Position numbers and translations under genes: made by a program. Below, in pieces: positions 12,851 to 25,154 of a stretch of 64,000 bases of DNA. Source of the DNA: Kudoa neothunni (lineage: Eukaryota > Animalia > Cnidaria); assembly GCA_964304625.1 (NCBI GenBank), contig OZ199839.1, positions 2,296,093-2,360,092 on the forward strand, written 5' to 3'. Every line of letters starts with the position of its first letter. The first letter of the stretch is position 1. Under the pieces are notes generated by a model. The model was not told the origin of the DNA. It did not search any database and was given only the letters and a program-made list of their open reading frames with translations.

Positions 12851-14157
12851 ACAGAACAACTTACCGTGTTTCTCCGAATATAAAACAGGTATGATTTGTT
12901 TTGATTGAATAAGAGACATTATTAAATCTTAAATTTTTAACAGATAAAACTTCCTATATATTATTTAGTTCATATGCCAAAACTAAATAAAACTTAAAAA
13001 AAATATTTTTATTGAAAGAAGTATATATGGAAAATATAATTTGAAGGTTACGTTCATCTTTTCTTTAAAAATGTAGATATAACGGCAATAAAATCTCGAA
13101 AAATGCATATTTAACGAGTATCTCACCTTTTTGAATTGTTATTATCATTAAATACTTAATAAAATTACATAGTTGAAGATAATTTGTTACATAATTCAAA
13201 ATATCCGGATTTCCAGTATTTAACTAAGTCATCTTCTTGGGTAATTCCTCACTAACCACTAGCTCAAGAGTAATATTAGGTCTTATTTTAGACGTGGATA
13301 TTATGATCAGAGAAACATGGTATTAAACCAAATTTGTACATTAAATTAGCTTCTATTCCAACAAACATGATAAAAAATAAAATATAACTTTTCAAATACA
13401 TTAAAATTGTTATTTATATTCATGAAATAGTATTAACAAAGCAAATAACACTTACATTTTTTGTTGTACGCTGATAATATTAAGGTGACTAACATTCTTA
13501 ATCCATTTGCTTTAATTGCTAATTAGAAGTCAATAAATAAATCAAATTATTTATAAATTTATTCATTTTTGTCATTTTACGAATTTACTATTCTTGATTA
13601 TCGCCAATTATTATTTAAATAACTTAATAAATTAGATATGACTCAAAGTAGTGATCAGTTTTTGGCAACCTTATTTTTGAGTTCGGCTAAACTCGTGTTA
13701 TAGCGAGGAAAAGTTTGTTGTGATAACTTTGGATTTCTTGAATAAATTTTTGTTATATATTGAAATTATATTTTTAACAATATTTCCATCAAGGAGGTAA
13801 AATAAAAACACGAGGTTTAAGTCTAATACACTCGAAAGGCACAAAATGTATGGTGTTTTTTGAGTCGTTTGAAAAATTAATTTAAGATTCAGCACATTTC
13901 AACTTAAACGATTCTGATTTTCGAACTCATTGAATTGCAAAATAAAGGACCCCGTCTAACGCAAGAGCCTAAATAATCCATCTCATGAGAAACACGGATT
14001 AGATAGGGATAAGTTGAGAGCTATTAGAGGACCGCGCTCACCGCCAAGACGCTCATTTTATTTGGTTATGGCTGCATTGAAATTAAACACTTTTGGAAGG
14101 TCTAAAATAGAATAAAAAAGATTTTTTTTCCTAGCTTTATATTTTAGTGATAGTTCA

Positions 14158-15852
14158 ATGACCAAGGCCAAGGAGGCGACAAAATTGAAAGATTACAAAA
14201 AAATCGACATTGCGAAAGAATATGCCAAATTGCACTATGCTTTGAACACATATTCCTCCGAGTTAAATGAGGATAAATATTTTGTGTGTTGCAGAGAGCA
14301 GGAATCGGAGAAAATCTATAATTTTCTACAGGAGCACTTAAAGAGGGTGAGTACTAACACGACCAATCGTATTCTTTATGTGTATGGTCCTCCTGGGACA
14401 GGAAAAACTCTTACAATTCGGAAAGTGACCAGCTACTTTAGCACATTTTTTTGCGTAATCTACGATTAACTATAAGTAATTTTTTATTTAAAATTTAGAC
14501 CAGACGCATCATTCAGTCAGTCTACATTAATTGTATGACGTTTGGTTCTTTTAGAACTGTTGCTGAATTCGGTCGTCACATTGTTTCGACATTTTGTGCC
14601 GATAACGAATCCAAACGTCAAAAGAAGCATGTTTCTCCAACTAGAAAATGTGTTAAAGTGGGAAAATGTGGTCGTCGATCAAATAATATTACTACTAAAA
14701 ATAATGATAAAAATACTACTAAAAATAATAAAAATAATCACAATGCAGTTGAATTTTTACGTGATTTATCTTCCAAATATCCATTGTAAACTAATTATCC
14801 TATTTTAGCCAATAATTACTTTTTAGATTGTTGATTTTGGACGAAATTGACTCACTGAAGACACAACAAATAAATCTTATCAAGGATTTTCTCAATAAAT
14901 CTATCGAAAACGACATTAACTGCGTGGTTATTACAGTCTCGAATAATTTCACCTTTTTTAAACCAAAAGAAATCAGAGAATGTAAAAAATAGCGTTGGCA
15001 AGAGTGGCGTTTAATTGCACATTGCATTTAGACAATATAGAGAAATTAAATTTTCAAACATATAAGCCTAATCAACTGGAGAGAATTTTAGAGTTGAGAT
15101 TAAAAGTTAGCACATACTACAGCGGTTTTTTTGTTACACTTCAATCTACTTTAGAAAAGTATTGGACTGGTAGATAAAATGGCGCTTAAATTGTGTTCAA
15201 TGCGAGTAGCAGCTACAACAGGCGATATTAGAAGAGCTGTGTCGGTTTTAAGGTTATAAAATAGCATCAGCTCGATTCTACTGATTTTAATTAGAATTGC
15301 ATTGGAATACAACTGCGATAATGTGGAAGAGTTGAGGAGGGGAAATAGTTGCACTCTTATTGATGTTAAAAGTGTGAATATGGCACTGGAGCAAATTTAT
15401 GGATCAAAATTGAAGAACCCTACTTCAAAAAAACCCTCAGAGTCCATCGTCTCGTCGTCCTCATCGACTACTACCTCTTCACTAGAAATTCCATTTCAAC
15501 AACTAGTTCTATTGTGTTGTTTGTCCAAGTGGAACAAAACAACCAAGTGTTCACAAAAAGGGGCGGCTGCTACAGTACGACACATTTACGATTGTTATTG
15601 TGAATGTTGCCTCCAACTTAAAATTGAATGTCTCACCTACGAAGAAATATCTCAGATGTTTTCGTTGTTAGAATCCCGGGGATTTGTCCAGTTGAGATAT
15701 CCTCGTAAACAAAATGGCATTTTATCGGTATTGTGTTCTGATAGAATTAGTTTCTCAGTGCATTGTTGTAGGTTACTTTGTTGTTGGCCGAGCAGGAAAT
15801 CACTAGCTTTATTTCCAAACACTCCGTTCTATCTCCGTTATTTATTGATTAA
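14158..15852 (+). CDS. CDC6: Cell division control protein 6 (AAA+ ATPase plus winged helix), 6 exons
   Basis: Walker A LYVYGPPGTGKT, YINCM, Walker B LLILDEID, sensor-2 TGDIRRA, winged-helix IPFQQLVLLCCL and SLLESRGF. Five GT-AG mini-introns; the spliced C-terminus is VTLLLAEQEITSFISKHSVLSPLFID*. Confidence 0.9.
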
Positions 15853-16327
15853 CATATATTAATTGTTGCTATAGTTTTTGTATTGTTTATTATTGTGATT
15901 TAATTAAAAAATGATATCTTTTATTGTAAATATATATATATATATATATAAATTTATTTATTTATTTTATTTGGAAATAACATTTGATATTATAATTCTG
16001 TAATTAATGCAAGATATGATAGTGATAAATAAAATGGAGTGAATAAATGTGAGAAATCGTATAGAATAATATTATTCAATGAGTTAGAGATTAATAGCTA
16101 ACAGTAATAAATGAAATTCGATTCATTTTTAACGGTATAATTATCAGTGTGACTTGATCAATATCTCTTATATTTATAATCGATATAATGCTTAAAATAG
16201 ATTAAGCGATAAATAAAAAGATATTAATTGAAGATAAGCTTACAATATTTAAAAATCTTAATTTTCTAAGTTCTTATTGAAAAGCGGTAACTATATATAA
16301 CAACGGCAGTTAATAATCAGTGTGAAA

Positions 16328-18176
16328 ATGGTTCCCATAGAATTATTTTTACTGATAGTTGGCCTGAGTTGGTTGTATTCAGGTTATTGCACAGGTAAAG
16401 TAATACGTACGTAAACAAATCAAAACTAAGTTTAGTGGACTTTAAGTTTCTGAATAATATCCAAGAATTCAATTACGGTATTATTCATATAAACAAACCG
16501 TACACGATCAACTGGGAAATTGTTAAAACAACCCGCCAACCTGAACCAATGAATTTCACTTTGCAACTTGTTCTACACGATGGAACTATTGAAACTATTC
16601 TGGAACGTGATTACAACACATTTTTACGCTCACAACATCTAAAATTTTTTGAAAATGAATTGACTGTGCTACGCCATAGTTTGACGATCAATGCCACCAA
16701 TTTTATAATGGACAGAAGCAGAATTCAACTCCATCTCCAAAATAAAAATGGCAAATCAATTGGACACTACCAATCATTTGAATTATTAATATATGGTAAT
16801 TATGAGATTGAATTTTGTTTGTCGATGAGAAACTGTGTTGCAATATACAATATAGGGGATATATTTCTCAAATGTGATCCTGTTGATAGATTTGTACCAA
16901 AGATAGTTCTACGAGTTAGATGTATTTTTGGAGGAAAACCTTTGCCTAACTATCGTGTGATGATGGACAATAGTGAGGTCGGATTCTCCCACCAAACTAC
17001 ATCCTTCAACAACGATAACTACCAGCAACTATTAACGATACTAATTGAACCACAATCTATAATTAACATAGAATATCTTCATCTTATGATCTATAGACAA
17101 AATGAAGTCATCTTAAAGACAATAACAATTCAAAAACAAAGTTAGTTTATCTGGGATCCACAGCTAGGTTATATAAAGGTGATTCTAGTGGATTATAATG
17201 TGTCCTTGGAGATTAGACCTTTCTTTACAAGCTCCGCAACCGGAGTCAAAAATAGCGTTTACTTTCTGTATTGTAAAGTGCCAAGTTATGTTGAAATGAA
17301 AAGTTTAATATATTCTAATTCTGATAATTGGTATTACCAGTCTAAAAGACCTCTATATGTGATTACACCTATTTCACCTAATTTCGGAGGTAAATGGAAA
17401 TGCTCCGTTCGATCGTGTGATGACAAATCCGCCGATTCAAATTCAATTAATATAGGTATTGTTTTAAATACTTTTTAGTATTTGATTCGATTCAGATCCT
17501 TCTTCACCTTATATAACAGTAAATGATATAAAAGGATTTTCACACATAGTTTTCCCAAATCAAACCAAAAGTTTAAAAATTGAATGCCGCTTTATGAAAA
17601 AACAAAGCCAAAAGAGTAGTTATTTGCTGGTGTCACCGTCTAATGTGTCCTATTTGTCGTTGGATGGTATATTTGAACTAAATTTACGAACAAATAAACA
17701 TAAAACCACGGGTCTGTGGATATGCTATAAAATATTTAGCCCAACGAAAAATTTGTCTTTATCCGTTAATATCCAATTTTTGAGTAAATTACAAGGCGGT
17801 AAAAAGTTTTTAATGAACTTTTTAGCATCATTTAATGTCATGGCGTTTATTCTATCGTTAAGCGCTTTGGCGATGTTGTGGGCCGTATCGTTGATTTCAC
17901 TGTATTTTGCATATATTCGAAAAAAGCGTAAAAAATTTATTTTGTTAATTCTTTTAAATATTAATTATAGAGCTCTACCTAAAAAGAATTTCGTTGTAAT
18001 TGACCCTCGCGTTGTTTTTTGATTAAGTTATGTTGTAGATATTCTGCTGAAGATAGATTTAAGCGCTCAACCCGGGTATATTCTCATGCCATAACTTTTT
18101 TATAATTATCGGTTAGAGAATCTCGTTGATATATGAAAATCCGGATTTTGCAAATATTTACGAGGATGTGTTTTAG
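16328..18176 (+). CDS. Type I membrane protein with Ig-like ectodomains and a tyrosine-motif cytoplasmic tail
   Basis: Signal peptide MVPIELFLLIVGLSWLYSGYC and beta-rich phase-1 exons with Cys pairs and GGKWKCSV / TTGLWICY (Ig F-strand-like). TM segment AFILSLSALAMLWAVSLISLYFAYI followed by RKK; tail ends RISLIYENPDFANIYEDVF*. Confidence 0.75.
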
Positions 18177-18341
18177 AATAGTTCGACATTAATTATTGTT
18201 ATATTGTGAGCATCTGTATTTTGTTAAAATTCAGATAATACTCTTTGTTTTTAATTTATATTAAAATAGTTATTCTACTTAAAACTTAAATATTTTGTAA
18301 AATTTTCTAAGGAATCTTTTAAATGTATTTTAGGGATAGCT

Positions 18342-20367
18342 ATCTATCTTCTCTCTATGTATAAAGTAGTAATGTTCGTGTGTCTGTGTGTGCACACAAA
18401 TCTTCTCCTTATACGGAGACTTTCCTTAGTATTTGAAATTATTTTTTTACTTAAAAAAAGTCAACTACAAAAATACAACGGGGTTATTTGACTGCCTATA
18501 AAGTGGTGAATTGGTAGTGTCAGCTTTTTGTTAACAGATTAGAGCTTATGATAATGAGATTATCACTGCACCTGGTTTATTAATGGGTTCAGTGAAAGTG
18601 TGGTTACATTGAACATTCAATTATGACGTTATAATTTTACTTTTTCTATACATAGAGCAAAGTTAAGTCGTTCTATAGCGTTTTTGCTTGCGTAGGGGGT
18701 TACTCGGGGTAAACGAAGATTTGTTGTTTTAACGGTAGATTAATTCAGGTAGAAAAATGTTGTACTTTGCACGTCTTATTCGGGATAAAGTGCGCAGTCC
18801 TCTTTATATAAGTTTTAAATGAAGTTAATACATTTTCGCTATGTACAAAACTGTAAAAAAACTCATTGATCAGTTGGTTCTTCTAGAGCAGGGGTCGACA
18901 ACTCACGGCCCGCGGGCCTAATCCAGCCCTACATTGACTAACACAAAATTTTCGTAATATCTAAAATATCTAAATAATATTCATGTTTTTATCTAGGTCG
19001 TTTTGCCAAGCGTTAATATGCTGTCGATATAAACATTTTAACCGACTAAGATTCATTTCCATTAGATCAGGAAACCGGAATAAATATTAATTCTACAATA
19101 AAGTTAAAATTATTTCTATAAAAGCGTAAAATATTTTTATGAAGGCATGTAGGTAAATCTAATGTAATTTGAAATCGTCCTATAAATCATTCATTTACAA
19201 GTTAAGCATGAGATGATTACACTGCACTTGCAAATTATTAGAATATAATACTTTTGATTTGACGTAATTTTACAGTTCAAATAACTATTATAAATTATTT
19301 TGTACATATTTAAATTTAAACTTTGAATTAAGAATAATTTAACATTTTAGTCGATTAATTTGAATACGCCCCACATTAAAGTTAGGGCAAGTTTGTTTGG
19401 CCCGACATTCAATAACATTGCCGATCCCTGTTTTAGAATATATAAAGGAGGACTTTGATATGTGTTTTTGTGTCCTAAGCGCGTGCGTGAGGCAAAATTT
19501 TTCCCTCATAAAGCGAAATTTATGTACCTTTAATAGTTTAAGATAATTTAAAAATTCCTTTATTTGTTATTACATCGACAGAAGTTCAAAAATAGCGTAG
19601 AAAATTATTTTATCGTCGATGTAGACTTGCAAATTTCGGGATTTATTGTAAAAAATTGTTATATTATTTGTTCTCACATTATTATGGGAAGTAATTAACA
19701 TTCCTAGATTAACTTTATTTTCTGCTTGTACATGTTTATGAACCTTCTGATCAATAATTAATGAACATTTTCCTCAAAAATAAATGTACTTTATCATTGA
19801 TGATCCTGTTTTTATAATCCGTCTGCACCCGCGACCTTCATTCAACATACGAGAAAGAAGACAGTTTCTTGCTTATTTGGAAGTTAGTGAGCGAAACGAA
19901 ATGCATTGGAAGCATATGGAGAAAGATCATAATAATCGTCTCTGTTATAGTATTTCATATTTTAAAATAAATATTTGGTAAAAAATCGAACTGTTATCAA
20001 AATTTATTTCTCTGAAAAATTCCCAAATTCATAATTTTTAAAATTATTGGGGATTCGGGACTAGCTAGTCCCAAAATTTGCAAGTCTACATCGGGGTTAG
20101 ATTTGCTAATGGGGTTACATGGTTTCAATAATGGGATTATATATGTTATTTCATGGCAACATTTATGTATACTAAATTTCTGCAAGTCGATAAGAAGGTT
20201 TTTTGAAGATCAGAATTAAGTTCTATATCCACGATTTCGAGATACAGTAATGGATCGGTCGTACGTAATCCCCTTAGGGATGTGGAAATTGTACGTCATA
20301 CCGGTCCCGGCCAAATAGTATATACTTTTTGCGCAAGCCCACAAAAAGTATTCAAACACAAAACTAG
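18342..20367 (+). mobile_element. Helitron-like composite: two 5'-type ends and one CTAG 3' end
   Basis: 5'-type TCT..TATGTATAAAGTAG..GTGTGT..CCTTATACGG at 18342-18420. A second TCTAG/AATATATAAAG end is split by the hAT MITE. The region ends gcgcaagccc..aaaaCTAG|T at 20364-20367. Confidence 0.45.
18889..19430. mobile_element. hAT (Charlie/SPIN-like) MITE
   Basis: TIR CAGGGGTCGACAA / TTGCCGATCCCTG (11/13). Flanks ttctagag / ttttagaa fit the NTCTAGAN target; subterminal ggcccgcgggcc. Confidence 0.8.
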
Positions 20368-20627
20368 TTATAACTTAAATATTAATGAAAATACATATAT
20401 TTTTTTGTCTAAAATTACGGTTTAAAATGGATAAACATCTGGAATGGAATCAAGTATTAACCCCCACTTTTTTGAACGATGATGTTTAAAATAGTTGCCA
20501 AGCCCTTCTAAATAAAATAAAACCATCTCTGAAGGGCTCAATTTTTGATCAATAAAATTATCACCCATTTCCGAATTATTGGGAAGGGATTGTCATTGCG
20601 TCAATGATTTTTCTATAAGTTAGAAAG

Positions 20628-21273
20628 GACATGATCATAGACCATAATTCAGTAGTTAATTGATTTTTCGCACATGTTTCCGCCTTTGATCCTATTTTTT
20701 CTCTGATGAGCGTGCGATAAAAAATTTTTTCCTTTCGTTGGATGGCAAATTTGTATGATGTATGTATATTTTCCGTCTCATTATTCTTAAAATGTTTTTA
20801 ATAATCAATATTTTTATCTTTGATAAACATACATATTGCTTTACGATAATTCGGACTTCCGCAGGGATACAAATCAAAATTAACAAACATCTACTGGCTA
20901 TTTTATTATGTTATTTCGTGTACTTGCTGAAGGTATTCTAAGTCAAAAGAAATACGAGAATTACAATAATGTTATAATTCTAATCTTAATAGATGTATTC
21001 ATATTAATAAAAATTAATGTAAACGTATTGATGAAAATTCTTTTTTTCTTCGTGTACATGTCGTACATCCTATAATTGAGATTTGCTCATAAGGGCCCTT
21101 AATTATTCAATAAACTGAATGTAATATATTATTTAATAATATAATTTAAATATAATGAGTGTTGAATAATATCGTTGCATAAATTTTTAGGACAAACTTA
21201 ATCCCCATCGGCAAGTGCATAAAAAGTGCGAAAAATCAATTACCTACTGTACTATGTGTCTACAAGATGTGTC
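20628..21273. mobile_element. MITE with ~45-bp imperfect inverted ends
   Basis: cagtagttaattgatttttcgcac (20650-20673) versus gtgcgaaaaatcaattacctactg (21226-21249); similarity extends about 20 nt further outward. Confidence 0.7.
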
Positions 21274-21585
21274 AATGTTTATCCTTCATTTTTCAATTAG
21301 CTGCCACATTGATGTAACTATAAAAACTTACTAAATGTTTAATCGTGGTAAAAAAGGAAATAAAACATAATTTAATTACGCGGTCAAAGCAAAAGATACG
21401 TACGACTGAACCTCATGTAGCTTTTTATTTTTCGTTTTTTCGTACTAATTATGCTTATAAATTATTTAAAGCGATTAATAATAACATTAAACCATTTTTT
21501 AAATCATTTTAAATACGAGAGAACCTTTAATATGTAAAATAACTAATGTACTTACGAGCGGTCCATCACAGTACATCTTATATGG

Positions 21586-22226
21586 TCTACTTCTCAGTAT
21601 ATATAAAGTAGGTGTATTTAAACACAGTCCTTATACTGGAACTTTCCATAAATTTGACTCTAAAAGAACACTATTAAAGTTCTATAGGTGGCTATAAATA
21701 TAAAAAATGTACGAAAATTTGTTAAATTAATGAAGAATCGATGCGTATGCCATAATTAGATAGATTCAAGCTCATATTATTAAAACTAGATCCTCAAATT
21801 TCGTTGAAAAATCCGTTAAATATAATTTTAAGCGATAAGATTTAATGTATACATGAAATTTTACTTTATCTAATATCTATTAATTTAAAATATATATGTT
21901 TATATTAATGGGCTATACAGTCGTTTTGAGGAAAGAATGTATGAGAATGTTCCGGATAAAGAGATATTAATTTGAGAAATAAAAATTAATCATTGCCAGT
22001 TATCATCGAGTCATACACTTTTTGTTACTTCAATGATCTATCTAAATCGATATTAATTTTTTGCTGTGCCCATCTCAGTCATTAAACAAATGAAATATTA
22101 AAAAAAGGTTTATTTAATTTCTCCTCAGGGCTAATCGAAAAATTCTTATATTTCTTTATTTTTTGAAAATATTCTTCTATGATGAAATATTCTCAATCCC
22201 GTGTGAAGCTGGACAGTTCGCGCTAG
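21586..22226 (+). mobile_element. Non-autonomous Helitron
   Basis: 5' TCTAC..TATATATAAAGTAG. The 3' end cccgtgtgaagctggaCAGTTCGCGCTAG|T shares its last 13 nt exactly with the element ending at 537. Confidence 0.7.
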
Positions 22227-22809
22227 TTTAATATAATTATTGTCGGATTGTTATAAAAATAGTCGATAGAAATTGTTGTAAGTTCACCGGTTTACCAATA
22301 ATTATTTTCAAAACAAAAATAATAAAAAAGAGTGGGTTGTGTTACACCCCAAAATCGTTTGAGGATGTACGTTTTTCACATCATTAGAGAATTAATTGAA
22401 TAAGAGGTCTGATTGTGAGTGTATCTATATATACAAATATGCCGTTTACTTCGAGGTGACTATGCTGATGTTATCATGTTTAACATTAGGATTCTATACA
22501 ATTAAAATGCCAGAAGAAATACTAAAATATTATTATTATATTAAAAAAAAACCCTCGCAACGTAAAAATAAAGTTAATTCATTGTGATGAATGTTATGCC
22601 TTTGGGTTGCAACAGCATAAACAAAATTCGCAAATTGAATATTGATTCATAATACAACATTATGGTCGTTTTTCGTATTGTCTCTATTGATACCATACTT
22701 TCGTATTTAATGAATCACATCGTGTATGAATTATAAATATGATAATTATAATATTAATTCAGACATCGTGAATATAAGATTTTAATATCTCGTTTCAATA
22801 CTTGTTTGA

Positions 22810-24179
22810 ATGTTGGTTTCTTTAATTTTTTTTGTTTTATTTGGAATCGCTTCCCTAGGTATATTCATATTGTTTCGTCTTGTCTTTATTTAAATGAAAA
22901 ATAGAAAGGGCATTGGATTCTTATGACAAAGATCCCGGAGCACCTCCAACTTGGTTGTTAGGAGAAGAGCAAAAAGCTGCCGCAGTTGATAGGTGGTACG
23001 TCGACAAAGCTACCGCGACGTGTAAACAATTCAAATATTTGGGTTCTCTAGGAAATTTTAACAACTTTGTATCGAAAGCCGTTTGCCAATATCATTGTAA
23101 ATCATAAGATGTAAACTTTTTAACTTTATTATTAGTAAAATTCACACCTGAAGAACAGTCCAAAGCTTGTAATTTAGGTAAAAATGAAGGTCTTTGCGCG
23201 GTGCCTCCGGCGGATCAACCAGAGAGGTGGTATTTTTCAAAAACTTCTGTTGATTCAGGACCTACCAACTCATGCTACCGATTTAAATACACTGGGTGCG
23301 GAGGAAACGCAAATAATTTTATGAGTGAACAAGAATGCAAAAATGCTTGTCAAAGTAAATAAGTTTGAATAAATTTGTTTGTAATATAAAGTCATAAAAT
23401 AAATTACTTTTATTTAGATAACAGCAATGGTGGTGTAACTGATACTGGTATCACCCTTACTGCAACTCCTAACGAGTTCGACTGCCTTTTCGCTGCTGAA
23501 GTAGATAACGATACCCCCAAAATGGGAGTTGTACTACACAAAGACAAAAAAAAATGCGTTTATGCTGCTGTTGGTCAAACATCAACAAGGGGATTTTTTA
23601 AGGACCTACCAAAATGCGTAGCAACGTGCATAAGTTTTATATTTCGATGATAGACTCGCGATAATAGTAATAATTAGCGGATTTGGTTGCTGCATGCAAC
23701 GCATCTGAACCATACCAAGAACAACCTGATGATGTAATAAGCGATAAAAGTCAAGTTGAGGAATATTTTTATTATGACAAACAACGCAAAGTATGCCGTC
23801 CATTCTACTCAAAAAAAGCACGCGGAGCCTCAGTTAAACTTGACGATGGCTCACAAAATATATTTAGTTCTGCAGAGATGTGTGCGAGTTTTTGCCCCGC
23901 CAGTACTCGATTTTTATTATATTTTCAGTATTATACATTTAATCGAATTTAGTTGGTCATCTTGGTGATTTGCGAGCGGTAGAAGCGTGTACACAAACAA
24001 AAGCTGGTGAGTGGAAAGATGGCGATAAATACAAATTAAGCAGATTTTACTATGAAGCTACAGTCGATAGTGAAAAAACTTGCAAACAATTTGATTTCAA
24101 CGGAAAAGAGATGAATTTGAATAACTTTGAGTCCCAAGAGGCATGCAACAATATTTGCAAGACACCTTTAAGTGTTTAG
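22810..24179 (+). CDS. Secreted protein with five Kunitz/BPTI-like domains
   Basis: Signal exon MLVSLIFFVLFGIASL, then five phase-1 exons. Motifs: RWY..TCKQFKYLGSLGNFNNF, RWYF..SCYRFKYTGCGGNANNFMSEQECKNAC, a divergent third domain, YFYYDKQRKVCRPF..FSSAEMCASFC and RFYY..TCKQFDFNG..NNFESQEACNNIC. Confidence 0.9.
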
Positions 24180-24329
24180 AGTTAGAAGCAAAACAACGCC
24201 TCCGCTCACAAGCATAAATATAAATAAATTAAAATATATGAAATAATTAGAATTTAGGCATTTATAGTTTTACATTTTATCAACTTTTCGTTATATCATA
24301 TTTTATTTAGAAGGATTTGAATATTAATA

Positions 24330-25154
24330 CAGTGGGCGAAGGGTATTACGTAATCCCTTTGGACCCAGGAAAAAATGCCAAATAGCCAGAAATGTTATCC
24401 ATTTAGCACACAGCGTCACGCGCGCGTTCGTTATAAAACAAGTGGTTATTAATAATTTAAAATCTACTTGGAACTATTAAAATAATCTAATATTTTTGTT
24501 TGAATCTTGCTGTTTTTTGACGTCTTATAACGTTCTAACTCAAGTGATGAAGGGAATCCCAAACATCAGAATCACATTGTTTAAAATAGCCTTTTAGGTA
24601 TTCAAAACATTTTAATATCTCTGTTGAATTGTACAATATATTATCAACAGAGTCATCTTCTTTTTCAGAAGATGACTTTGAAAGAATCGTTGAATTTTCT
24701 TGTGTATCATATTGATACATTCTAGCCAAAGATATCTCCATTACGGATTCAAAAAACAATCAGTGCCATCTTCTTCATCAAATGACTGTGTTGAAATAAA
24801 CTCATTGCAAGTCTGGTCAACATCGATTAATTTTTTGGATAGATCGTCGGGAATATCATTATTATCTTCTAAAATAAAGCCAGCCTTTTTAAAACAATTT
24901 GATATTGTCTGCGGCTTGACGTTTTCTCAATTTTCCTTTATCAACACCATCGCATCCAAAAGATCAATCGGCTTTATATCTATCTTATTTTCGACGTGAA
25001 AGATATATTTTTCAATCAAATTTTTCTTATTAATTGACATGAACAAATGGATTACACCCTGATCAATCGGTTGGAGTACAAATGTTGTGTTTTGGGGGAA
25101 ATACATTATGGTAACAGTAGAAAGACTTAACATTCGTACGTACGTCCAAAAAAT
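24330..25154 (-). mobile_element. Tigger/pogo transposon, 3' half (DDE_1 C-terminus), truncated at a piggyBac end
   Basis: YFPQNTTFVLQPIDQGVI..IDLLDAM, C-terminal QTKILDYF motif, and a TA|CAGTGG terminus at 24330. Confidence 0.8.

Noticed and set aside
13640-14075. Possible small gene or ncRNA divergent from CDC6 (ATG at 14056 minus with a gtgagc donor; GC-rich patch)
   Set aside because: No splice model gave a convincing protein and no snRNA, snoRNA or RNase P motif was recognisable; needs RNA data.
14158-15852. ORC1 as the identity of the AAA+ gene
   Set aside because: YINCM, the winged-helix motifs and the absence of a BAH domain fit Cdc6 better.
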